A stretch of 64,000 bases of DNA. Origin: an uncultured bacterium (GTDB lineage: Bacteria; Krumholzibacteriota; Krumholzibacteriia; JACNKJ01). Positions within the stretch are counted from its first letter, which is position 1. Every line of letters starts with the position of its first letter. A program made the position numbers and the translations under genes. The DNA lies in contig CAVOFT010000001.1 of NCBI GenBank assembly GCA_963695095.1, positions 2,176,001 through 2,240,000 of the forward strand. Direction: 5' to 3'. Shown here in pieces: positions 8,600 through 17,854 of this stretch. The notes below the pieces were generated by a model, which was not told the origin of the DNA, ran no database searches, and saw only the letters and a list, made by a program, of their open reading frames with translations.

Positions 8600-10884
8600 C
8601 AGTGCCCCCTCCCGTTCAGCATCGCACGCAGGCCCGCCATGTCGGCTTGCCGCGGCGCTTCCCAGCCGAGATCCCGGTGCTCCTTCACGATCGCCCGCGC
8701 CCTGGCCAACTGCAGCGCCGTTGGGCGCGCCAAGGGCCCGGCCGGAGCGGCCGCGGACGACTCGGGCCGCGCCGCTATCAGCTCCCGCGGGGCGCGCCGT
8801 GGACTCACGTTCATGCTGGCCGCCCACTGCAGGTCGCTGTAGGCGCCGGCGTCCACCTCCTCCCAGGTCGGCGTGGGATCATCCTCCCATGAGAAGTCCC
8901 GCGTGAGTACCGGAAAGTTCGGCGCGTAGAGCGAGTGCAAGTCGTCGGTCTGATCGGCGCGCCAGAGAATGTCGTACTCCGGCCCGAAGTCGAAGGGGTC
9001 CGTGTAGAGATTCGCGTAGAAGCGGTACTCGCCCGGCTGGATGTAGCGGTTCGTGAAGTAGCCCTCGAAGGCCACCTGGTCGGTGTAGGAATCGGCAGTG
9101 AAGTGCCCGTTCGGTGTCACGCTGCCAAGGTAGGGAATGTAGAGCTCGCCGTCGGGCTCGATCACCCACAGATCGATATCCGCGTTCTGGTTGATGGCAG
9201 CGGGATCCCAGGCCAGATAGACCTCCACCCGCTGATCGCCCTGATCGACGTAGTCCAAGGGCAGCTGGCCGCTATCGTTCAGCCAGGCGGCGAGGAACGC
9301 TGACCAGGCCGCGCCGGGCAGCAGAGCAGAATAAGCCGCGAAGCTGCGCGGTCCCTCGTCGGCGAACTGGTCACCTCCGCTGCCGGCCGGCAAGACGACG
9401 CTGAGGCCATGCGAGTCGCCGACCTCGCTGGCGTCGGCTTCCGTGCCGGTGCGGGCGTGATTGCGCAGTCGGAAGGTACCTGTGACCTGGCTGCGCAGCG
9501 CGGCAATCTGGCTCTGGATCGTCGCGTCCGCGATCATGGGGGCCAGCGTATCGAGAAAGTCGACCAGGTCCTTGATCTCGAGCATCGCGTAGGCCTGTGT
9601 CTGGGGAATCGCGGCGCCGAGCGCGCCGCCGAGGTCGCCGATGCCGGCCGTGAGGCTCGTCGCCAGCGCGTCCAGCGCCGCCGCGAAGGCAGCGTAGCCC
9701 GCCATGTCGAAGGCGGAGATCGTGGTCGATGCGCGATCACCGTTATAGGCGGCGTGGAACTCGTCGGCGATCACCGCCGCCGCCGCGGCCGGGCCCATGG
9801 CGCTGTTCGCCTGCATGGCGGCAAGGATCTCGGTGTAGGGATTCCCGTCCCCGGGCACCACCTCCTCGGAGAAGACCACGTAGTCCGCGTAGCCCGGCAG
9901 CAGCGCCAGCGTCTCGTAGGCGCCCATCAGGCACATGTCGAAGTCGAGGATGTCCACCCCACCCGCAGCCGCCAGCGCCCCGGGGAGATCGCCTAGCGCC
10001 ATCAGATCCGTTGCCGAACTCTGATCCTCGATGAGGCCGACATAGCCCCCGCCGTGATTCCAGAGGACGAGACAGTAGTGCTCCGCCGGGTACTCGTCCT
10101 TCGCCCAGTTGACGAACTCAGCCAGCTGCGCCGGATCGGTCATGTCCCGATTGCCGATGTCCGTGGCGTCGCCATTGGGCCCGTAGCTCTCTGAACCCTC
10201 CCCCCTGTAGGCGTAGCGGAAGGTGTTCCAGTTCGGACGGTTGAAGCAGCTCGGGTCGCCGCAACCCGCCTGCGCCAGCGCGGTGGGACTGAACTCCGCC
10301 TGCACGAGCACCTGCACGTCCGCATCGAAGCCCGCCGCCTCCATCTCGTCGATGTCGAGAATGCCAGCCACGGCCAGGGTGTTGTCCGCGGCCATGTACA
10401 CCATGACGGTCCACCGCCGCAGACGCGCGGTGGCGGTCAGCGTCGTGCTCAATTCGGGATGGCCGACCACCGTCGCCGTCAGCGTGTTCGTTCCCTGGTC
10501 CAGGCCCAGGATCCACTGGCCCGGTGAGGCAATGCCGCTGGTGTTCGTGCCCTGCTGGGCGCTCGCAATCGCGCCACCGCCGCCAGCAACCGCGAAGCTG
10601 ACCTGGATACCCGGCACCGGATCTCCCTCCGCGTCGGTGACCCGGAAGGCGGGGTTGATGGCCAGGGCGCCGCCCGTGGGCGCGCTCTGGCCGGCGCCGG
10701 CCTGCACGGCGATCGCTGCCGGTGTCGTGCCAGGCGTCTGTGTTCCGGTCGGGCTCGAATCGCCCGAGCAGCCGCTGAGAGCTGCAATCGCGAATAGCAC
10801 CGGCGGCAGGACGAGCGCGGCCAGTCGGGAGGGCAAAGCTGCGGCGCAGATCGCCGACGCGCTCCGGACACGGAATACAGCCAT
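8599..10884 (-). CDS. Clostripain-family (C11) cysteine peptidase lipoprotein with Ig-like (Big_1) domain and YfaP/DUF2135-like C-terminal domain
   Basis: Lipobox ALSGC; Ig-like VTDAEGDPVPGIQVSF...WILG; WTVMVYMAADN, LVLWNHGGG (His), DFDMCLMG (Cys); C-terminal LAW...DIDLWVIEPDG; RBS AAAGGGG before ATG 10884. Confidence 0.88.
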   Translation of the reverse strand: MAVFRVRSASAICAAALPSRLAALVLPPVLFAIAALSGCSGDSSPTGTQTPGTTPAAIAVQAGAGQSAPTGGALAINPAFRVTDAEGDPVPGIQVSFAVAGGGGAIASAQQGTNTSGIASPGQWILGLDQGTNTLTATVVGHPELSTTLTATARLRRWTVMVYMAADNTLAVAGILDIDEMEAAGFDADVQVLVQAEFSPTALAQAGCGDPSCFNRPNWNTFRYAYRGEGSESYGPNGDATDIGNRDMTDPAQLAEFVNWAKDEYPAEHYCLVLWNHGGGYVGLIEDQSSATDLMALGDLPGALAAAGGVDILDFDMCLMGAYETLALLPGYADYVVFSEEVVPGDGNPYTEILAAMQANSAMGPAAAAAVIADEFHAAYNGDRASTTISAFDMAGYAAFAAALDALATSLTAGIGDLGGALGAAIPQTQAYAMLEIKDLVDFLDTLAPMIADATIQSQIAALRSQVTGTFRLRNHARTGTEADASEVGDSHGLSVVLPAGSGGDQFADEGPRSFAAYSALLPGAAWSAFLAAWLNDSGQLPLDYVDQGDQRVEVYLAWDPAAINQNADIDLWVIEPDGELYIPYLGSVTPNGHFTADSYTDQVAFEGYFTNRYIQPGEYRFYANLYTDPFDFGPEYDILWRADQTDDLHSLYAPNFPVLTRDFSWEDDPTPTWEEVDAGAYSDLQWAASMNVSPRRAPRELIAARPESSAAAPAGPLARPTALQLARARAIVKEHRDLGWEAPRQADMAGLRAMLNGRGH

Positions 10885-10975
10885 TGGCGGCAACCCCTTT
10901 CATCGCGGAAATGGGGCGCACCGCCAGCGTTTGGCCGTGCCCCGCGCGGCATTGGGAGCGAGCCGAGCGCGCGCG

Positions 10976-11004
10976 ATCCTAGTGGAGACCTCGCTGCATT
11001 TCAA
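10976..11004 (-). promoter_or_regulatory. sigma70-like promoter of clostripain gene
   Basis: Minus strand TTGAAA, 17 nt, TAGGAT. Confidence 0.65.
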
Positions 11005-11034
11005 CTGATCAAATCAAGGGTAGCCGCAGTTCTG

Positions 11035-11061
11035 GATTTCCAAGACAGCTATTTGGAATTC
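11035..11061. promoter_or_regulatory. Palindromic operator-like site TTCCAA-N9-TTGGAA
   Basis: Perfect 6-bp inverted repeat (11038-11043 / 11053-11058) with extra flanking pairs, in an AT-rich patch. Confidence 0.45.
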
Positions 11062-11075
11062 ATCTACGATGCGGC

Positions 11076-12737
11076 TCAGCGGCCGCGCAGGCGCAGGGCC
11101 GGCGGCGGCAGCATCCCCTGGCGGGCCGGCTGCCCGGCGGCGGCCGGCTGCCAGTAGCGCCCGGCCGCGCTCGCCGCCTTGGCGGCCTCGGGGACCAGCG
11201 GGTGCTGCGCGGCCCAGGCGTCCTGGCGCGCGCCCGTCACCTGCCAGCAGACCTTCAGGCCCGGCCTGCCGCCGGCGATCCGGAAGCGGCCGTCGGCGAT
11301 CTCGCTGGCCACGTAGACCGGTGCATGGCCGCCCACGCAGGTGAGCTGGTAGCGGAAGTCGCCGCTCAGCGCCGTCGTCCAGGCGGGCAGTTCCACCCAG
11401 GCGCTGCCCGTCGCATCGAGCAGGACGCTGCCGTCGTAGACGCTCTTCATCTCGTCGCTCTGGACGAGCGCCTGCGTGAGCGTCATCGTCGCCGGCGCCA
11501 GCGGATGGTCGATGCGCGTGGCCAGACCGGCCGAGTAGACGTAGCCGTCCACCTGGATGTCGCCCAGGAAGTAGCCGGCGTAGTTGGCCGTGCCGCCGTC
11601 CGCGTAGCCCAGGATGCCGACGTTGACCTCGGGACCCTGGGCGTCGCCCGTGGCGCCATAGGCGAAGCCGCCCGCGCCGCTGGTGGCCTGGCCGTAGGCG
11701 CCGTAGTACTCGCCGTTGCTCGCGCCCTCGCTGAGCGCCCAGGCGCCCACGTACCCGCCCAGGAACTGCCCACCCACGCCGTAGGCCTCGCTGGGCACGG
11801 CGATGCCCTCGACGCCGATGTAGTCGATCTGCCCCGTGGCGGTCACCTCGCCGAGGATGGCGTCCCCCGCTGCCGCACTGGCGACGAAGAGGCGGTCCGG
11901 GCTCGCGGTACCGAGGCCGATCGCGCTGCCGCTCTGGAACAGGGCCGAGTTGCCCAGGGCCGTCGCGCCCGTGAAGCGCGGCAGGTAGTTCAGCGTGCCG
12001 CTGCCCGTCAGGCCCCCGCCGGCGCCGCTCGCCGCGATGGTGATCGTGTTCGCCGCATCGTCGGCGGTGATCGTCACGTTCGCGCCGGCGACGAGATCGA
12101 TGTTGCCGCCGTCGTTCGTCACGCCATCGAGGCTGGACACGATGGCGGGCCCGATGTCGGCGGCGCTCACCGCGCCGTCGGCGATGGCCGCCGAGGTGAC
12201 GGCGCCCGCCGCCAGCTTGGCCGCGCTGACCGCGCCGTCGGCGAGCTTGGCCGCGCTCACGGCGCTGTCGGCAAGCTTGGCCGTCGTCACGGCGCCATCC
12301 TGGATGGCCGCCGTGTCCACGGCGCCCGGGCCGAGCCCACCCGTGGACAGGGCCACGTCGGCAGTGGCGGCGTGGAAGGCATAGGCGGTGGTGCCGAGCG
12401 GGATGGCCGCCAGTTCCTCGCCGCCGACCGTGAGCACGAGGGCGCGCTCGCCGCCGGCGATGAAGGCGCCGGCCGGCATCGGCGCCTGGCCGCCGCCGTC
12501 GTTAGCGCCCAGCATCAGGCTGATCACGCCGTCCACCGGCGTCACCACGTAGATGGCGCTCCAGAGCGTGGCGCCCAGGCCGTCGCGCAGGCTGAAGGTG
12601 ACCGGCGTGCCGGCGGCGATCGGCTCGCCCGCCGCATCGGTGAGGATGCCCTGGAAGGGCATCGTGCTCGGCGTGGTCGCCGCCGCGGGCAGGGCCGTCA
12701 GCAGGAGGCCGAGGGCAACGAGGATGCGCGCGTTCAT
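11076..12737 (-). CDS. Secreted fibre-like protein (tail-fibre-like repeats, Gly-rich beta region, conserved C-terminal IDHPL domain)
   Basis: Signal peptide; N-domain PSTMPFQGILTDAAGEP...LWS...VDGVISLMLG; 10-aa AVxxAKLADG repeats; GxxG-rich segment; RIDHPL...VELP.W...FRYQLT...IAGG.PGLKVCWQVTG.RQD. Confidence 0.75.
   Translation of the reverse strand: MNARILVALGLLLTALPAAATTPSTMPFQGILTDAAGEPIAAGTPVTFSLRDGLGATLWSAIYVVTPVDGVISLMLGANDGGGQAPMPAGAFIAGGERALVLTVGGEELAAIPLGTTAYAFHAATADVALSTGGLGPGAVDTAAIQDGAVTTAKLADSAVSAAKLADGAVSAAKLAAGAVTSAAIADGAVSAADIGPAIVSSLDGVTNDGGNIDLVAGANVTITADDAANTITIAASGAGGGLTGSGTLNYLPRFTGATALGNSALFQSGSAIGLGTASPDRLFVASAAAGDAILGEVTATGQIDYIGVEGIAVPSEAYGVGGQFLGGYVGAWALSEGASNGEYYGAYGQATSGAGGFAYGATGDAQGPEVNVGILGYADGGTANYAGYFLGDIQVDGYVYSAGLATRIDHPLAPATMTLTQALVQSDEMKSVYDGSVLLDATGSAWVELPAWTTALSGDFRYQLTCVGGHAPVYVASEIADGRFRIAGGRPGLKVCWQVTGARQDAWAAQHPLVPEAAKAASAAGRYWQPAAAGQPARQGMLPPPALRLRGR
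12150..12325 (-). repeat. About six degenerate 30-bp coding repeats (AVxxAKLADG)
   Basis: AVDTAAIQDG AVTTAKLADS AVSAAKLADG AVSAAKLAAG AVTSAAIADG AVSAADIG; boundaries approximate. Confidence 0.85.
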
Positions 12738-12806
12738 CAGTACCTCCGCGGCCGGCTGAGTCGCCGGTCCGAGACATCGCGCGCCCGCGGCGCGCGGGGA
12801 TGCGGA

Positions 12807-14684
12807 TCAGTGCAGCAGCACCAGCTTGCGCACGGCGACGAGGCCCGGCGCCTCGGCGCGAATGAAGTAGACGCCGGCGGCCACCGGCGCGCCGCGCTCG
12901 TCCTCGCCGCGCCAGGTGAAGCGGGCCAGGCCCGGCGCGACGGGTCCCTCGTGCAGGCGGCGGACGAGGCGCCCCTGCACGTCGTAGATGCGCAGCAGCA
13001 CGGTGCCCGCCCGCGGCGCGGCGAGCGCGATCACCGTGCCCTCCGCGCGGCGGCTGGGATTCGGCAGCGCCGGCCAGAGCGCGAAGCCGTCCAGGCCGGC
13101 GGCGAACTCCGCGGCGATGGCCATGCGCTCGGTGGCGAGGTAGGCGGCTCCGCCGGCGAGCAGGTGCCAGCGGCGCGTGCCGCCGCCGGTGGGCAGCCTG
13201 CCCGCGAGCAAGGGCGCGCCCAGCAGCTCCTGCTCGCTCAGCGTGCGGGCGTCCACGGCCAGGAGGGACCAGCCCGGCGGCAGTTCGCCGTCGAGCAGGC
13301 AGTCCACGCGGTAGCCCGCGCCAGCCTGGTCCGCGTCAAGCTGCAGGCTCCAGCGCTCGCCGGCTGAGGCGAGCGCGCGGTAGTCCGTGGCCAGGCGGCT
13401 GCCGGCGGGGTCCAGCCAGGCCAGGCTGAGATAGCCCCGGGGCGGCGAGGGCGGCTCGCCGTAGTCGAAAGCGTCGCGCTGGGCCGTGGCCCCGCTGCGC
13501 TGGCCGCAGCGCGCGCGGGCCGTGCCCACGGAACCCGTCGTCGCGCGCAGCTGCAGGCTCCAGCCGGGCTCACCCGGCGGGCGGGCGGGCGCGGGCAAGG
13601 GCGGAGCCGGCGGCATCTCCTGCGGGCTCACCGGGACCTGGAGCACGAGCGGGCCCGTTCCCCGGTTTTCCACCCAGTAGCCTTCACCGGGCGCAAGCGC
13701 CGTCAACCCGCCGCCGGCCGCGTCCACGTAGTCGGCCAGGGCGCTGGGGCGATAGGCATGGAGATTGTGCGGCTGGCCGTCGCTGTAGCGCAGGCCGGCC
13801 ACGGCGACGGGAAAGGCGAAGGGACTGGCAATGGCGTTCCAGCCGGGTGCCAGGCTGAGCTCCAGGTCGGCGCTCAGCTCGGCGCTGCGCCCATCGAGGG
13901 TCACGAAGGCCGCCTGCGCGCTGCTCAGCCAGAAGCCGCGGCCCGGGGCGAGCGCCGCCGCGGCCGGTCCCTCGCGGTAGGCGCCGGTCGCCGTCTCGTA
14001 GGTGAAGAGCTGCCAGCGCGGCGCGCCGTAGTCCCCGAGGGGCTCGCCGAAGATCAACGCGGGATCGCCGCTGGCCGGCGCGAGCGGCAGGCCGAGGAAG
14101 TAGCTGCGCGGGTTATCCCCGAGCGCGAAGGCTTCGTGGTCGGCCACGGGGACGGCGAAGCTCCCGTGCCCCGCGGCGGGCGCCCCCGCGGGCAGGCGCA
14201 GCGCAAAGGGCGGATCGGCGACCTCGATGAAGTACTGGATCCCGCGCGCGCCCAGCAGCTCGGCAGGGAGCTGCGCGCTCCAGGCCTGCCCGCCGCCTGC
14301 CGGCTGCATGGCGAGCTGGGCGTAGCCCAGCTCCCCGCCGCGGCGATGGAAGAGCGTGGCCGCGCTCACGCCCTCGGCCAGCTCGAGGCGCAGCGCGCCG
14401 AGCTGCCCGTCCACGCCCTCGCTGAGCGAGATCACGCGGGGCGCGCCGAACTCGCTGCCGACGAGCAGGCCCGCGCCGCCGCCGGGAGCCGACCAGGCTC
14501 CGCCGCCGGCGGGTTGGCCCAGGCAGAGCAGCAGACGGTACCGGGCACTGGCTGCGTAGCCGCCCGCGGCGGGCAGCGCGACGCGGGCAGCGCCCGCGGC
14601 CAGCGGCCAGGAAGCGACCAGCAGCAGGGCAATCCCTGGCCAGTGGCGCCGGCGCGGGACGGGGACGGTCGCGCAAACTCGCAT
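12807..14684 (-). CDS. Secreted protein with C-terminal FlgD-Ig/T9SS type A-like sorting domain
   Basis: AGGAG before ATG 14684; signal peptide; N-terminal AASARYRL..LGQP motif; LAPGRGFWL, LAPGWNAI, PGEGYWV repeats; C-terminal PNP...LRIYDVQGRLVRRL...WRGEDERG..VAAGVYFIR...KLVLLH. Confidence 0.8.
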   Translation of the reverse strand: MRVCATVPVPRRRHWPGIALLLVASWPLAAGAARVALPAAGGYAASARYRLLLCLGQPAGGGAWSAPGGGAGLLVGSEFGAPRVISLSEGVDGQLGALRLELAEGVSAATLFHRRGGELGYAQLAMQPAGGGQAWSAQLPAELLGARGIQYFIEVADPPFALRLPAGAPAAGHGSFAVPVADHEAFALGDNPRSYFLGLPLAPASGDPALIFGEPLGDYGAPRWQLFTYETATGAYREGPAAAALAPGRGFWLSSAQAAFVTLDGRSAELSADLELSLAPGWNAIASPFAFPVAVAGLRYSDGQPHNLHAYRPSALADYVDAAGGGLTALAPGEGYWVENRGTGPLVLQVPVSPQEMPPAPPLPAPARPPGEPGWSLQLRATTGSVGTARARCGQRSGATAQRDAFDYGEPPSPPRGYLSLAWLDPAGSRLATDYRALASAGERWSLQLDADQAGAGYRVDCLLDGELPPGWSLLAVDARTLSEQELLGAPLLAGRLPTGGGTRRWHLLAGGAAYLATERMAIAAEFAAGLDGFALWPALPNPSRRAEGTVIALAAPRAGTVLLRIYDVQGRLVRRLHEGPVAPGLARFTWRGEDERGAPVAAGVYFIRAEAPGLVAVRKLVLLH

Positions 14685-14792
14685 CGCGGGCGGGACTCCT
14701 GGGCTCGGGGATCCACCGGTAGCCGCCCAGCAAGCCGCGCGCCGTTCGGAGCGCGGAAGCGCCGGGACAGGCAGCGGGCGGCGCATTGCAGC

Positions 14793-14826
14793 AATGGAAA
14801 GCCCGGCCCCCTGTCGGGGACCGGGC
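14793..14826 (-). terminator. Intrinsic terminator after groEL
   Basis: Minus strand GCCCGGTCCC-CGACAG-GGGGCCGGGC followed by TTTCCATT. Confidence 0.7.
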
Positions 14827-14851
14827 TCGATCGAGGCGAGTGGACGGAAGC

Positions 14852-16552
<1,701 letters not shown>

Positions 16553-16838
16553 CTAGAGCACCGCGAGGACGTCGCTCTCGCGCAGGATGATGTACTTCTC
16601 GTCGGTCGATGGTCACCTCGGAGCCGGAATACTTCCCGTAGAGCACCGTGTCGCCCTTCTTGACCTCGAGCGGCAGGCGATCGCCGGCGTCCGTGAGGCG
16701 CCCAGGACCGACGGCGATGACTTCGCCCTTCTGCGGCTTCTCTTTGGCGGTGTCGGGGATGATGATGCCGCCCTTCTTGACCTCCTCCTCATCGAAGGCC
16801 TTGACCAGGATGCGGTCAGACAACGGCTTGATGGACAT
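16553..16838 (-). CDS. groS: Co-chaperonin GroES, one extra base near 16604-16605
   Basis: [12 protein letters not shown]...[14 protein letters not shown]...[10 protein letters not shown]; removing one C (GAC C GAC) gives [16 protein letters not shown], 94 aa; GGAGG RBS. Confidence 0.93.
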
Positions 16839-16922
16839 GCTCCAACCTCCAGAGATCGTGGTCCGCGGCGCGCCCCCCACGGCGGCTGGCCGCGTCGGCT
16901 ATCGCGTGACATTTCAGTGGGT

Positions 16923-16949
16923 TTGGCACTCGCGTGTTGCGATTGCTAA
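16923..16949. promoter_or_regulatory. CIRCE element (HrcA operator)
   Basis: Minus strand TTAGCAATC-N9-GAGTGCCAA, two mismatches to TTAGCACTC-N9-GAGTGCTAA, upstream of groES. Confidence 0.92.
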
Positions 16950-16961
16950 TTCGTCCCCGCG

Positions 16962-16990
16962 AATATAGCCAGGCCCTCCGGGGGACGCAA
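16962..16990 (-). promoter_or_regulatory. sigma70-like promoter of groES-groEL
   Basis: TTGCGT, 17 nt, TATATT, 12 nt upstream of CIRCE. Confidence 0.75.
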
Positions 16991-16993
16991 GGG

Positions 16994-17506
16994 CTATCCG
17001 GCGGCTTTTTCGACCTCGGGCAAGGGCAACAGCGGCGAAGGCTGGAAGGCCCGCCGCCTCAGGGGGTGCGCGTAGGCCCGGCCCGGATCCACCCGGAAGC
17101 GGCCCGCGAGGTCGGCGCGGCCGAGGTGGAGGAAATACTGCCGTCGGCTGGGCACCAGGGCCAGCTCGGCTTCCCAGGCCAGGTCCCCCAGCGCCAGAGC
17201 TGTGCGCACCACCATGCAGCGGCCCAGCCCTTCGCCCAGGCGCGTCCGGCGCCGGTAGAAGGCGTAGACCTGCTTCACCCGCTGCCGGCCCCGACCCATC
17301 GGCACTTCCAGCCGCAAGACCAGGCGCAGGCGTCCTTCGTCGTCACGCATGCGCCCCACGCGCTCGACCCGCTCCACGGCCAGGGTGGACAGGGCCGAAA
17401 CCGGATCGACCAGGGCCTTGAGCGTCAGGCCCCAGGCCGGCAGCGCCACGCGCTCCTTCCAGCCGAGGACGGGGGCCTCCTGGCGCCCCTGCTCGCTTTT
17501 CGCCAT
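16994..17506 (-). CDS. RimK-associated putative Zn-protease / retropepsin-like family protein, degenerate active site
   Basis: LGWKERVALP...LKALVD, LHLGR..LAGRFRVDPGRAY match the family pattern; the expected DTG reads DPV; GGAGGGAGAGG RBS. Confidence 0.7.
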   Translation of the reverse strand: MAKSEQGRQEAPVLGWKERVALPAWGLTLKALVDPVSALSTLAVERVERVGRMRDDEGRLRLVLRLEVPMGRGRQRVKQVYAFYRRRTRLGEGLGRCMVVRTALALGDLAWEAELALVPSRRQYFLHLGRADLAGRFRVDPGRAYAHPLRRRAFQPSPLLPLPEVEKAAG

Positions 17507-17646
17507 CGCCCTCTCCCTCCGGCGCGGCCGCGGCGCCCCTGCCCCTCCAGGCGAGATAGCCCTCAAGCTCCGCGCCCGCTTGCCGATACTGAGTTTGCGC
17601 GGGGGCCCGCGACGCTTCTCCCTGTGGGCCGCCGCTGCATGCTCCA

Positions 17647-17718
17647 CTGTCCCCGTCGCTGCGGGGGCAGGCTTCTCCCGGGATCCCGGCTCCTTTCATC
17701 AAGGGGCCGGGATTCTTT
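17647..17718. other. Two adjacent stem-loops in an intergenic region
   Basis: CTGTCCCCG-6nt-CGGGGGCAG (17647-17670) and 15-bp GGATCCCGGCTCCTT-TCATC-AAGGGGCCGGGATTC plus TTT (17681-17718). Confidence 0.55.
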
Positions 17719-17854
17719 AGCCGTCACTATAGCCGATCGGCGAAGGTGAGTGTAGGGGCGGCCCGCCAGGACTGCCCATCACCCAGGTGACGAGCGCCCG
17801 GTCCAGCCTTCCTCGGCGGCGGCTGCCAGGGCAAAGGGCCGGGCGGCGATGGCT

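Noticed and set aside
8000..11075. Mobile element boundaries around the lower-GC islet
   Set aside because: No transposase, integrase, tRNA target, terminal inverted repeats or target duplications were found
11076..12737. Tail-fibre-like gene as evidence of a prophage
   Set aside because: It has a Sec-type signal peptide and no phage structural, integrase or lysis genes nearby
17700..17830. Possible known riboswitch, 6S RNA or tRNA-Sec
   Set aside because: Only short resemblances (e.g. ACACTCACCTT, GGTGATGG); core motifs and pairings could not be completed by eye; kept only as an unassigned structured region
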